The translations under genes were made by a program, and so were the position numbers. A stretch of DNA of 64,000 nucleotides from Virgibacillus sp. GTDB taxonomy: Bacteria; Bacillota; Bacilli; Bacillales; Amphibacillaceae. Numbering within the stretch: position 1 is the first letter of the stretch; the number at the start of each line of letters is the position of its first letter. The notes beneath the pieces are model-generated. The model saw only the letters and a program-made list of their open reading frames with translations, ran no database searches and was not told the origin of the DNA. The stretch lies in the NCBI GenBank assembly GCA_041689365.1, contig JBDNGJ010000188.1:3150-67149 (forward strand). Direction: 5' to 3'. Shown piece by piece: positions 21,771 through 34,388 of this stretch.

Positions 21771-21971
21771 AAAATATATTTAAGATTCTGCTAACCTTTT
21801 AGAGAATTAAAGAAAACCCGTCCGTCTGCCTGTGAAAAAATGATTGAGTTCTAGAACACCGCATACAAAATGCACTACGCTTTCCTTTTCTTCGTTGGTA
21901 TTGTGCTTTTTAATCTCATTACAATTATTTGTTGCTTGATTAAATCACAATAATTATTTACTTTCGTGATG

Positions 21972-22032
21972 GTTGATTGGAATGGAGGGCGTCGACTCCT
22001 GCGGGAAGCGACTACCCGCAACGGAAATCAAT
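21972..22032. repeat. Internally deleted fragment of the 1640-type repeat family
   Basis: GGAATGGAGGGCG.CGACTCCTGCGGGA..CGCAACGGAAATCAA; GACTCCTGCGGGA is the reverse complement of the 1733-1745 motif. Confidence 0.5.
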
Positions 22033-22282
22033 CTAGCACTTACTTTGCAGTTATATCAACTACTTAAAATTGCATAGGAAAAACAACATTCCTCTAGAAA
22101 AACAGCTATAATAAAAGAGTCTTCTCAAAGCGAGATTCCCCATTATTAGCCACCTTCTTAAAAAACCATAAAAACATTAAACTTTATCCTAATTTCCTTG
22201 CCTGATTTTTGGTATACTTTAAGAATGAAATAATATAACGCTGAAATGAACTGATCCAATTTTTGAAAATGGAGGATTAACG

Positions 22283-22975
22283 TTGAATCAAATATTGAAC
22301 GAATGGAAGCACTTATTTAAACTGGATCCTGCCAAAGAAATATCGGATGAGCACCTTGACATGATTTGTGAGTCAGGGACTGATGCGGTTATTGTTGGTG
22401 GGACTGATAATGTTACATTGGATGGTGTGCTGGATTTACTCTCACGAATTCGTCGTCATACAGTCCCATGTGCCCTGGAAATATCCAACATGGATGCTGT
22501 CACACCAGGATTTGATTTTTACTTCATTCCAATGGTTGTCAACAGTACCGAGAAAAAATGGATGATGGATATACAGCATCAAGCAATCAAAGAGTATAAG
22601 GATATTATGGACTGGAATGAAATGTTCGTTGAAGGCTATTGTGTATTAAACCAGGAATCCAAAGCTTTTTCGAAAACAGACTGCGAAATGCCGGATGAAG
22701 ACGATGTGACAGCATATGCCTACATGGCTGAGCGTGTTTTCCATTTGCCAATCTTTTATATGGAATACAGCGGCACATATGGCGATCCGTCACTTGTTAA
22801 AAAAGTGAAGGAACAATTGAGTAACACGAAGCTCTTTTATGGTGGAGGTATTGAAAACAATTTCCAGGCTCGTGAAATGAAAGAACACGCAGATACAATA
22901 GTAGTAGGAAACAGTATTTATACAGACATAAAAAAAGCACTAAAAACTGTTAAAGCAGTTAACGATATAGATTAA
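22283..22975 (+). CDS. pcrB: Heptaprenylglyceryl phosphate synthase
   Basis: KLDPAK, SGTDAVIVGG, YMEYSG, FYGGGI. Confidence 0.95.
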   Translation: MNQILNEWKHLFKLDPAKEISDEHLDMICESGTDAVIVGGTDNVTLDGVLDLLSRIRRHTVPCALEISNMDAVTPGFDFYFIPMVVNSTEKKWMMDIQHQAIKEYKDIMDWNEMFVEGYCVLNQESKAFSKTDCEMPDEDDVTAYAYMAERVFHLPIFYMEYSGTYGDPSLVKKVKEQLSNTKLFYGGGIENNFQAREMKEHADTIVVGNSIYTDIKKALKTVKAVNDID

Positions 22976-22987
22976 GGTGGTGTCATT

Positions 22988-25210
22988 GTGAGTCAAATGA
23001 TGGGTGACTTACTAAGTGGATTAAACAAGGAACAGCAACAAGCAGTTAAACATACAGACGGACCATTACTTATTATGGCTGGAGCGGGAAGTGGAAAAAC
23101 ACGAGTGCTTACACACCGCATAGCCTATTTGCTTCGTGAAAAAGAAGTTTCGCCAAAAAGTGTCCTAGCGATTACATTTACAAATAAAGCTGCACGCGAA
23201 ATGAAGGACCGTGTACATAAACTTGTTGGAATGGGAAGCGGTCAAATTTGGGTATCAACCTTCCACTCAATGTGTGTGCGTATTTTACGAAGAGATATTG
23301 ATCGGATTGGTTATAGCAAAAATTTCACAATTCTTGATAGTAGCGACCAATTATCAGTTATCAAACAAACTTTAAAAGACCTTAATATTGACCCGAAAAA
23401 GTTCGAGCCGCGTGCTATGCTTGGGGCTATTAGCACTGCAAAAAATGAATTAATCACACCTGAGGAATACAGCAGGAATGTCGGTGACTTTTTCGAACGG
23501 CAAGTCTCACAGGTATATGACAAGTATCAGAAAACCCTGCAAAAAAACCAATCACTCGATTTTGATGATTTAATAATGCAGACAATCCATTTATTCAAAA
23601 GGATTCCGGAAGTATTGGAATATTACCAGCGCAGATTCCAGTACATTCATGTGGATGAGTATCAGGATACGAATCATGCCCAATACTATTTAGTACAGCA
23701 GCTGGCAAACCGTTTTCAGAACCTATGTGTTGTCGGTGATTCTGATCAGTCCATTTATGGCTGGCGTGGGGCTGACATTGCGAATATCCTGTCCTTTGAA
23801 AAAGATTATCCTTCAGCAAGAACCGTTTTCCTTGAACAAAATTATCGTTCGACTAAATCGATTCTTTCTGCAGCGAATAAAGTGATTGAGCATAATTCAG
23901 GACGGAAGCCGAAGAACCTCTGGACTGAAAATGCAGAGGGAAAGAACATCCATTATTTCCAAGGTGGAACCGAACAAGAGGAAGCATTGTTTATAACGGA
24001 TAAAATCCAGGAGTTAATACGTGAAGAAGGCTTTTCAGCGAATGATATAGCCATATTATACCGAACAAATGCCCAATCACGTGCCGTTGAAGATACTTTC
24101 ATGAAGTCGAATATTGCTTATCAAATGGTGGGCGGAACAAAGTTCTATGATCGGAAAGAAATTAAGGATATGGTCGCCTACTTAAGGCTAATCACAAATC
24201 CTGATGATGACTTAAGCTTTGAACGTGTGGTTAATGCACCAAAACGTGGTATTGGAAAAACTTCAGTAGAAAGATTGCGTGCCTATTCCGCACAGCATGA
24301 TATATCATTTTATCAGGCAGTAAAAGAGGTTGATTTTACCGGTGTACCTAAAAAGGCTGCAAACGCGTTAGCAGAATTTGGTAATTTGATTAAAACGCTG
24401 ACCCAGCAACAGGAGTTTTTAACGGCGACAGATATGGTTGAAGCAATTTTACAACGTACAGGTTATGAACAGGTGCTGAAAAATGAACGAACAATCGAAT
24501 CACAAAGCCGTATCGAAAACTTGGAAGAATTTAAGACCGTAACACAGGACTTCGAAAAGGTAAGTGAAGATAAAACACTTGTTGCATTTTTGACTGACTT
24601 AGCCTTAATCGCTGACTTAGATCGTGTTGATGATGACGAAGACTCCGAAAATAAAGAAAAAATTACTATGATGACATTGCATGCTGCCAAAGGACTGGAA
24701 TTTCCTGTTGTCTTTTTAATTGGCTTGGAAGAGAATGTGTTTCCACACAGCAGGTCGATGTTTGATAATGAAGAAATGGAAGAAGAGCGACGTTTAGCAT
24801 ACGTTGGAATTACACGAGCTGAACAGCAGCTTTACTTAACACACGCTAAAATGCGTACCCTGTATGGTCGGACAAATATGAATCCAATCAGCCGATTCAT
24901 CAATGAAATTCCGGAAGAACTCGTCGACGGTATTGAGCAGGCCCGATCTACAATGTATGGTTCTATTTCTAAATCACCAGATAAACCATCACCTGTGAAA
25001 AAACGACGTGCCGAAAAAATGCAGAGCACAACTGGTGCCGAGAGTGAATCATGGGGACCAGGTGATAAAGCAAAACACAATAAGTGGGGTGTTGGCACTG
25101 TTGTTAAGGTGCGGGGTGAAGGAGAAGCAATGGAAATGGATATCGCCTTTCCAGCGCCAACAGGAATTAAACGTGTGTTAGCCAAATTTGCTCCAATTAC
25201 GAAAGAATAA
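22988..25210 (+). CDS. pcrA: ATP-dependent DNA helicase PcrA
   Basis: [34 protein letters not shown]. Confidence 0.98.
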   Translation: MSQMMGDLLSGLNKEQQQAVKHTDGPLLIMAGAGSGKTRVLTHRIAYLLREKEVSPKSVLAITFTNKAAREMKDRVHKLVGMGSGQIWVSTFHSMCVRILRRDIDRIGYSKNFTILDSSDQLSVIKQTLKDLNIDPKKFEPRAMLGAISTAKNELITPEEYSRNVGDFFERQVSQVYDKYQKTLQKNQSLDFDDLIMQTIHLFKRIPEVLEYYQRRFQYIHVDEYQDTNHAQYYLVQQLANRFQNLCVVGDSDQSIYGWRGADIANILSFEKDYPSARTVFLEQNYRSTKSILSAANKVIEHNSGRKPKNLWTENAEGKNIHYFQGGTEQEEALFITDKIQELIREEGFSANDIAILYRTNAQSRAVEDTFMKSNIAYQMVGGTKFYDRKEIKDMVAYLRLITNPDDDLSFERVVNAPKRGIGKTSVERLRAYSAQHDISFYQAVKEVDFTGVPKKAANALAEFGNLIKTLTQQQEFLTATDMVEAILQRTGYEQVLKNERTIESQSRIENLEEFKTVTQDFEKVSEDKTLVAFLTDLALIADLDRVDDDEDSENKEKITMMTLHAAKGLEFPVVFLIGLEENVFPHSRSMFDNEEMEEERRLAYVGITRAEQQLYLTHAKMRTLYGRTNMNPISRFINEIPEELVDGIEQARSTMYGSISKSPDKPSPVKKRRAEKMQSTTGAESESWGPGDKAKHNKWGVGTVVKVRGEGEAMEMDIAFPAPTGIKRVLAKFAPITKE

Positions 25211-27229
<2,019 letters not shown>

Positions 27230-27243
27230 GGGAGTGGAGCGTT

Positions 27244-28458
27244 GTGAAAAAAGTTATTGTTGGGTTGTTAGGCACGCTATTGTTCTTAACGAGCTGTAGC
27301 CCAAGTATCAATGATGATGAGGTTATCAAACAAGAGGATGAACCAGAACAGAATACATCAATCGTCTCAAGCAACCAATTCTCTAAAGAGGATTACCGAA
27401 CAATACTTCCATATCGACCAAGCGCATCCCGTGGAGTTATCGTCAACCAAATGGGTAACAGGTTGGATATAGATGAAATGGAACAAGGTTTAAGACGACT
27501 TTCTAAAGAATACTATGACCCGGAAAAGTACTTTTTTGAAGAAGGTCAGTATTTAGAAAAGGATATGATGTACAACTGGCTTGAGCGAGAAATGACAGAA
27601 CAACAGTTAGCGGTCACAATCGAAAACTACAAAGAAAATAATGTAGCTAAGAGTAAAATCGAAGAACTCAAACATGAGAATACGTTGGCACTTAACCCGA
27701 CAATTAAAGATGATGAATCAGTAAAACAACAAAAAGACAATCCAAAATATCTAACCCATATTCTGGAGCAGAACTTTCTGAAAAAGAATGAAGATAATTC
27801 TGTTGAACTAGTAGGGATGTCCATTGGTATTGCAATGAAATCGGAATATACATTTCAAATAGAAGATTTCGGATCGAGTTACCATCATGAAATACCAAAA
27901 TCAACGATGCTTAAAAAAGGAAAAAAAATTGCACAAACTGTTCTTGAGCGAATCCGCAAAATGGAGGGACTAAGTGAAATCCCTATTCTTATCGCCTTGT
28001 ACAGAGAAGAAGACCAAGGGTCACCTGTACCTGGGAGCTTTGTTGCAAAAACAGGTGTAAAAGGTAGTGACATGTCGATAGGAGAATGGGAAACAGTAAA
28101 TGAGGAAAATATCCTTTTCCCTTCAGATGAAGGGAAAGAAAAATATTATGATCAGCAACAATTAATACAAGATTTCGGTAAAAAGATAGAAGAATATTTT
28201 CCGAATTATGTTGGTGTTATCGGTGAAGGTTTCTACATTAATGAAGAACTAAAGAAATTAACACTGGAAATCCCGCTGGAGTTTTACGGAAAAGGTGAAG
28301 TTATAGGTTTTACACAGTATACGTACCAGTTAATCACAGAAATGTTTCCAGACTATTATGATCTTGAAGTCAAAATAAAATCCAACAATAAGATGGAGAG
28401 TATTATATACCGGAGTGCAGGAGAAGAAAAACCAGAAGTTCACATTTTCGATAAATAA
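27244..28458 (+). CDS. CamS-family lipoprotein (YerH-like)
   Basis: Lipobox FLTSC; YRTILPY..SRG, YFFEEGQYL; follows ligA as in B. subtilis. Confidence 0.85.
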   Translation: MKKVIVGLLGTLLFLTSCSPSINDDEVIKQEDEPEQNTSIVSSNQFSKEDYRTILPYRPSASRGVIVNQMGNRLDIDEMEQGLRRLSKEYYDPEKYFFEEGQYLEKDMMYNWLEREMTEQQLAVTIENYKENNVAKSKIEELKHENTLALNPTIKDDESVKQQKDNPKYLTHILEQNFLKKNEDNSVELVGMSIGIAMKSEYTFQIEDFGSSYHHEIPKSTMLKKGKKIAQTVLERIRKMEGLSEIPILIALYREEDQGSPVPGSFVAKTGVKGSDMSIGEWETVNEENILFPSDEGKEKYYDQQQLIQDFGKKIEEYFPNYVGVIGEGFYINEELKKLTLEIPLEFYGKGEVIGFTQYTYQLITEMFPDYYDLEVKIKSNNKMESIIYRSAGEEKPEVHIFDK

Positions 28459-28586
28459 ACTAGATTCATTGAAGTGTTTGGGTGATTCGGTTAAAATAAG
28501 GGATGGGAAAGCTCCAGCCCTTATTTTGTGTAGAATATGAAAACGCAATCATGGAGTGAATGCAGAATTTTAAAGGAGGTTTTTTC

Positions 28587-30134
28587 ATGGTAGTACCGTA
28601 CAAGCATGAACCTTTTACAGACTTTACCGTAGAAGAAAATAGAACGGCGATGCTGGAAGCACTTAAGAAGGTTGAAGCTGATCTTGGTAAAGAATACCCA
28701 TTAATCATTGGTGGGGAGCGCATTACAACAGAAGATAAGATTAAATCGTATAACCCTGCAAAAAAAGATGAAGTTGTGGGTTATGTCTCAAAAGCTAATC
28801 AGGAACTGGCTGAACAGGCAATGAAAGTTGCTGATACAACATTTGAAACGTGGAGAAAGTCAGATCCGAAATTTCGTGCAGATATTCTCTTCCGTTCGGC
28901 AGCAATTGTTAGACGACGCAAGCATGAATTTACTGCACACTTAGTAAAAGAGGGTGGAAAGCCATGGAAAGAAGCGGATGCTGATACAGCAGAAGCAATT
29001 GATTTCATGGAATATTACGGCCGTCAGATGCTCAAATTTAAAGATGGCGTTGAAATTAATAGCCGTCCAATCGAGTATAACCAATATAATTATATCCCAT
29101 TAGGCGTTGGCGTGGTTATTTCACCATGGAATTTCCTTTTCGCAATTATGGCAGGTACAACTGTTGCTTCAATGGTTTCGGGTAACACTGTATTACTGAA
29201 ACCAGCTAGCACAACCCCTGTTATTGCATATAAATTGATGGAAGTACTTGAGGAAGCAGGAATGCCTGCAGGTGTAATTAACTATATTCCTGGGCCAGGA
29301 AGTGAAGTTGGTGACTATCTTGTAGATCATCCGCGGACACGTTTCGTAAGCTTCACTGGCTCTCGTGATGTCGGCACCCGTATTTTTGAACGTGCTGCAA
29401 AAGTACAGCCAGGACAAAAGTGGCTTAAGCGTACCATCATCGAAATGGGCGGTAAGGATACTATCGTTGTCGATAATGAAGCAGATCTTGAACTTGCTGC
29501 ACAATCGATTGTTCAATCAGCATTTGGCTTCTCTGGCCAAAAATGTTCAGCATGTTCACGTGCTGTAATACACGAAGATGTATATGATCAAGTGAAAGAT
29601 CGCGTAGCAGCATTAACAAAAGAAAAGTCTGCTGGTGATCCACATGATAACTCACACTTTATGGGGCCAGTTATTGACCAGGGTGCATATGATAAAATTA
29701 TGAGTTATGTTGAGATTGGTAAGAAAGAAGGTAAACTTCTTGCTGGTGGAGATGGTGATGATAGTAAAGGCTGGTTCGTAAATCCAACTGTATTTGCTGA
29801 TCTTGATCCAGATGCACGCATTATGCAGGAAGAAATCTTTGGACCAGTTGTTGGGTTAACAAAAGCAAAAGATTTCGATCATGCAATCGAGATTGCCAAT
29901 AACACTGAATACGGTCTGACTGGTGCAGTAATTACCAACAACCGTGTTCACCAGGAGAAGGCGCGTGAAGACTTCCATGTCGGAAATCTTTACTTCAACC
30001 GTGGCTGTACAGCTGCTATTGTTGGTTATCAGCCATTTGGCGGCTTCAACATGTCAGGTACAGACTCAAAAGCAGGTGGTCCGGACTACCTAATCCACCA
30101 CATGCAAGGTAAGACAACATCAGAAATGTTCTAA
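28587..30134 (+). CDS. pruA: L-glutamate gamma-semialdehyde (P5C) dehydrogenase
   Basis: [40 protein letters not shown]. Confidence 0.95.
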   Translation: MVVPYKHEPFTDFTVEENRTAMLEALKKVEADLGKEYPLIIGGERITTEDKIKSYNPAKKDEVVGYVSKANQELAEQAMKVADTTFETWRKSDPKFRADILFRSAAIVRRRKHEFTAHLVKEGGKPWKEADADTAEAIDFMEYYGRQMLKFKDGVEINSRPIEYNQYNYIPLGVGVVISPWNFLFAIMAGTTVASMVSGNTVLLKPASTTPVIAYKLMEVLEEAGMPAGVINYIPGPGSEVGDYLVDHPRTRFVSFTGSRDVGTRIFERAAKVQPGQKWLKRTIIEMGGKDTIVVDNEADLELAAQSIVQSAFGFSGQKCSACSRAVIHEDVYDQVKDRVAALTKEKSAGDPHDNSHFMGPVIDQGAYDKIMSYVEIGKKEGKLLAGGDGDDSKGWFVNPTVFADLDPDARIMQEEIFGPVVGLTKAKDFDHAIEIANNTEYGLTGAVITNNRVHQEKAREDFHVGNLYFNRGCTAAIVGYQPFGGFNMSGTDSKAGGPDYLIHHMQGKTTSEMF

Positions 30135-30156
30135 GTAATTAGACTTACAAATTTCG

Positions 30157-30200
30157 ACAAAGCCCTTTTTTGCGCTTAAATGTGCAAAAAAGGGCTTTTT
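30157..30200 (+). terminator. Terminator after pruA
   Basis: AAAGCCCTTTTTTGC...GCAAAAAAGGGCTTTT. Confidence 0.8.
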
Positions 30201-30368
30201 ATATCAAACTTTCCTCATTTCAGGAAAGTTAGCAAGTTTTTTGGGCGTTTATCGCAATATAAACCCCTCAACTTTCCCAATATGAATTATTTGAAAATAT
30301 GTTATTATAGAAATATAGAAACTTTAACTAATTTATGTTTAAAATCAGCTAGTGAGGTGGGTATAAAG

Positions 30369-31641
30369 ATGGAAATAGGTCCATATATCAAATTACACCG
30401 CATTAAACAGGAAATGACCCAGGCGGAGCTAGCTGAGGGAATTGTCTCTTTTGCATATTTATCAAAAATAGAGAACCAAAAAACAGAGGCAAGCTCAAAT
30501 GTAATAAGCCTCTTGTGCACCCGTCTTGGAATTCAGCTCAACAATGAAACAGACGAGACAATTAGGGACAAGTGCCAGCAGTGGTATGAAATGCTGTTTG
30601 AGGTTAACGACAAAGAAGAGATCATCAAAACATATAAAGAATTAAATGAACTTATGTATGAACATCACTCTGACAGTCTAATAATGTTTGAGATTCATAA
30701 GATAAGGTATTTTTTAATACTAGGCGAATACGAAAAAGCATTAACTCAGATTAATAGACTCGCTGATATGTCTGGAACCTTTGATAGCTTGCACCAATTC
30801 TATTGGTATAAGTTTAAAGGGAACTACAGTACTGCTAAAACCGAATTTAACCAGGCGATGCGGATGTATAAGATTGCAGAGGAAAAATTAAATCAACTAG
30901 AATTATCAGAAGAAAAAATTGCAGATTTACAGTATACAATTGCCGTTACACACAGTAAGTTACATAATACACTTGAGGCAATTGAATACTCTGATAAAGC
31001 TATTGATATCTTTCGAAAACAGTACAACTTTATCCGCTGTGCCCAATGCCATGTTTTACTGGGGATTTCATATCGGAGAATTAGAATGTATGATAAGTCA
31101 ATAAAGAACCATAATTTAGCAAAACATTTGGGTGAGCTGAGCAAGAACAGGCAAATCATTCAGCTGACAGCTGACAAACCAGAATTTGGGTTATTTGCAC
31201 TCTACAAAGGGTGACAGGAAGCAGGCAATTCATTACTATGTAGAAGTACTAAACGACCCTGAAGTTGAACTAAATGCTAGATTGACCGCGGTTACATCAC
31301 TAATTAAGGAATATTATTCGATTTATGATTTTGATAAAACAAAAGAAATGGTTGATAGAGGGATTGAAATGTTAGACAACATAAAGAATAAAGAAGCTTT
31401 TAGAATTCATTACTATGTTATTAATTCCTACAACTATGTTATCAACCAGGATAATGAGAACTTTGAGATGCTGGTAATTAATGAATTTATTCCTTATTTA
31501 CAAAAGCATAAAGATTTTGCTAATTTAGTTGATTATGCAAAGATGCTTGGCAGGCACTTTGAAAAGTTAAATAAGTATAAGGATTCTGTTAAATACTATA
31601 AATTAGCAAATGTTACTTATGAAGAATTGATTAATCTGTAA
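30369..31641 (+). pseudogene. RRNPP-family (NprR-like) HTH-XRE + TPR regulator, frameshifted by a 7-nt duplication
   Basis: N-terminus IKLHRIKQEMTQAELAEGIVSFAYLSKIEN; TPR-like helices span two ORFs; CAGCTGA x2 at 31161-31174; removing one copy gives a single 421-aa ORF. Confidence 0.85.
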
Positions 31642-31655
31642 AGGAGGGGAGATAA

Positions 31656-31793
31656 ATGAAAAAAGTAATTGCTACATTATCACTAGGTACACTTCTAGTA
31701 GCAGGCTTCCTATTCGCACAAGAGCCAGCAGAGCTAGCATCAGACTTGGAACCAAGTGTATTTTCAATCAGCCATGACTCAAGTCTCTTGTAA
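31656..31793 (+). CDS. 45-aa secreted signalling-peptide precursor (NprX/Phr-like), absent from ORF track
   Basis: RBS AGGAGG; MKKVIATLSLGTLLVAGFLFAQEPAELASDLEPSVFSISHDSSLL; basic N-terminus plus hydrophobic core; 14 nt after the regulator stop. Confidence 0.8.
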   Translation: MKKVIATLSLGTLLVAGFLFAQEPAELASDLEPSVFSISHDSSLL

Positions 31794-31846
31794 GTTCTTG
31801 AGAAGTGCAAGTAATTTTTTTACCCTATTACTATATGATGAACTTG

Positions 31847-31884
31847 CCTGAAATAGTGTGGAAGCTATTTCAGGCCTTTTTTTG
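31847..31884 (+). terminator. Terminator after the peptide gene
   Basis: GCCTGAAATAG..CTATTTCAGGC followed by a T-run. Confidence 0.75.
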
Positions 31885-32301
31885 TTGTAAGTATTTGAAC
31901 ATATTTGCATAAGGCAAGGAATATCATTAGAAAAACAAGACATCAACAGAAGAACGCAAACATCAACATACGGTTACAACATTAACAAAAAGGCGAATGA
32001 TATCAAAAAACATCTCCTAATTCTACTAAATTCCGCATTATATAAACCCAATATATTCCAATAAATCCCTACTTGAGTAAAAATTATTGTATATAACAAT
32101 CTAAAATCTGTAATTTTTTTCATATTTTAAAATGCTCTATAAGTCCTATGGTATCAATGCATCAAAAAGATAACACAATTATCTAAAGGTTTAGAATTAA
32201 CCTAGCACTGTTGTAAAAAATATTATGGTGTGAAAGTATTATATTTGTGCTATTATTGAAATGTAGCATAATTAAAAAAATTCAGAAAGGGGAGTGCGCC
32301 A

Positions 32302-32409
32302 ATGGAATACGCTATTTCGGGTGCATCATGGCTTTGGTTATTTATACCTATGCCGATTTTAATTATACTGTCGATTATTACAATGTTCACAGAAGGGGGG
32401 AAAAAGTAA
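32302..32409 (+). CDS. 35-aa single-TM membrane peptide upstream of putP, absent from ORF track
   Basis: RBS GAAAGGGGAG; MEYAISGASWLWLFIPMPILIILSIITMFTEGGKK; stop TAA directly abuts the putP ATG. Confidence 0.7.
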   Translation: MEYAISGASWLWLFIPMPILIILSIITMFTEGGKK

Positions 32410-33930
32410 ATGGGCCTTGAAACACTGATTACGTTTATTGTTTATTTAATAGGTATGCTAATTATTGGTATTGTAATGTACCGTATGACAAACAATTTAT
32501 CTGACTATGTACTAGGTGGACGCTCACTTGGACCAGGCGTCGCAGCATTAAGTGCGGGTGCCTCGGATATGAGTGGTTGGTTACTGCTTGGTTTACCGGG
32601 TGCTGTTTATGCATCAGGAATGGGATCAGCGTGGATTGCAGTCGGATTGGCAATTGGTGCTTACTTAAACTGGCAATTTGTTGCGAAACGTCTTCGAATT
32701 TATACAGAGGTTTCCAATGACTCTATTACAGTTCCAGACTTCTTAGAGAATCGCTTTAAAGACAAGTCTCACGTACTACGCGTTATCTCTGCTTTAGTCA
32801 TTTTATTATTCTTCACTTTTTATACTTCATCAGGAATGGTGGCCGGAGCGAAACTATTTGAAGCATCATTTGGTTTATCTTATAACTCAGCTTTATGGAT
32901 TGGTACACTAGTAGTTGTTTCATATACATTATTAGGTGGTTTCCTAGCTGTTACTTGGACTGACTTTATTCAAGGTATCTTGATGTTCTTAGCACTAATT
33001 CTGGTTCCGATTGTTGCCCTTAATGAAATGGGCGGCTGGAACGCTGCAGTAAATGCTGTAGGACAAATCAACCCTGACCATCTGACAATGGTTCAAGGTG
33101 TTGGTATTATGGCAATTATATCTTCTTTAGCTTGGGGACTTGGTTATTTTGGACAGCCACATATACTCGTCCGTTTTATGGCATTGCGTTCACATAAGGA
33201 TGTTCCAAAAGCACGCTTTATCGGTACGACATGGATGATTCTTGGGCTTTATGGTGCAATATTTACAGGTTTTGTCGGATTGGCATTTATTCATACACAA
33301 GACGTTGGCGTTTTATCCCAATTTGGGATTAATGTCATTACTGAAAATGGATTCCAAATGCTTGAGGATCCGGAGAAAATCTTTATTGCATTTTCCCAGA
33401 TTTTATTCAACCCAATTATTGCGGGTATCTTATTAGCTGCGATCCTTTCAGCTATTATGAGTACAATTGACTCGCAGCTGTTAGTATCATCATCAGCTGT
33501 TGCAGAAGATGTTTACAGAGCTCTTTTCCGTCGTGACGCTTCTGACAAAGAACTTGTATGGATTGGCAGATTCGCTACGCTTGGAATTGCTCTAATTGCA
33601 GCACTGATTGCTATGAACCCAGACAGTTCTGTACTAGAGCTTGTAAGTTATGCATGGGCTGGATTTGGTGCAGCATTCGGACCAACTATCATCCTAGCAC
33701 TATTCTGGAAAAGATTTACTCGAAATGGTGCATTAGCAGGTATTATAGTTGGTGCTGTTACAGTTATCGTTTGGGGTGAATTCCTGGCAGGTGGAGTATT
33801 CGACCTTTATGAAATCGTTCCTGGTTTCATACTCAACTTAATTGTTGCAGTATTAGTTAGTAAAGCAGGAAAGCCTTCACCAGAGATTGAAGCTGATTTT
33901 GATAAAGCTGAAGCTACATTTAATGAATAA
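32410..33930 (+). CDS. putP: Sodium/proline symporter
   Basis: ALSAGASDMSGWLLLGLPG, GYFGQPHILVRFM, AAIMSTIDSQLL, AWAGFGAAFGP. Confidence 0.93.
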   Translation: MGLETLITFIVYLIGMLIIGIVMYRMTNNLSDYVLGGRSLGPGVAALSAGASDMSGWLLLGLPGAVYASGMGSAWIAVGLAIGAYLNWQFVAKRLRIYTEVSNDSITVPDFLENRFKDKSHVLRVISALVILLFFTFYTSSGMVAGAKLFEASFGLSYNSALWIGTLVVVSYTLLGGFLAVTWTDFIQGILMFLALILVPIVALNEMGGWNAAVNAVGQINPDHLTMVQGVGIMAIISSLAWGLGYFGQPHILVRFMALRSHKDVPKARFIGTTWMILGLYGAIFTGFVGLAFIHTQDVGVLSQFGINVITENGFQMLEDPEKIFIAFSQILFNPIIAGILLAAILSAIMSTIDSQLLVSSSAVAEDVYRALFRRDASDKELVWIGRFATLGIALIAALIAMNPDSSVLELVSYAWAGFGAAFGPTIILALFWKRFTRNGALAGIIVGAVTVIVWGEFLAGGVFDLYEIVPGFILNLIVAVLVSKAGKPSPEIEADFDKAEATFNE

Positions 33931-34085
33931 TTGATTAAGTCAAAAGCCACTTTCCTCCTTAACGAGGGAAGTGGTTTTTCTGTTTAGTTGATTACACAAG
34001 GCAATTTCTGCTATTATCAATAGTGTCTTTTAAAATATAAAATCGATTAAAATAATAAAAACTACCTTTCATGGAGGTGTCATTA

Positions 34086-34376
34086 ATGGCAGATATTTCA
34101 AAGGAACAAGTGAAGCATGTTGCCCACTTAGCAAGATTAGCAGTTACAGAAGATGAGGCAGATCTGTTTACCGACCAGCTTAGTTCGATCATAGATTATG
34201 CTGAACAACTAAATGAACTGGATACAGAAGGTGTGGAGCCTACGACACATGTTATGGATTTGAAAAATGTTCTTCGTAAGGACGAGCCTAAAGAATGGAT
34301 ATCAAAAGAGGATGCATTAAAGAATGCTCCTGATAAGCAGAATGGTTATTTTCGTGTACCATCGATTTTGGAGTAG
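34086..34376 (+). CDS. gatC: Asp/Glu-tRNA amidotransferase subunit C
   Basis: [19 protein letters not shown]. Confidence 0.97.
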   Translation: MADISKEQVKHVAHLARLAVTEDEADLFTDQLSSIIDYAEQLNELDTEGVEPTTHVMDLKNVLRKDEPKEWISKEDALKNAPDKQNGYFRVPSILE

Positions 34377-34388
34377 GGAGGGAACAGC

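Noticed and set aside
30180-30368. Upstream extension of the RRNPP regulator ORF
   Set aside because: It starts inside the pruA terminator; RBS GAGGTGGG and the HTH position support ATG 30369.
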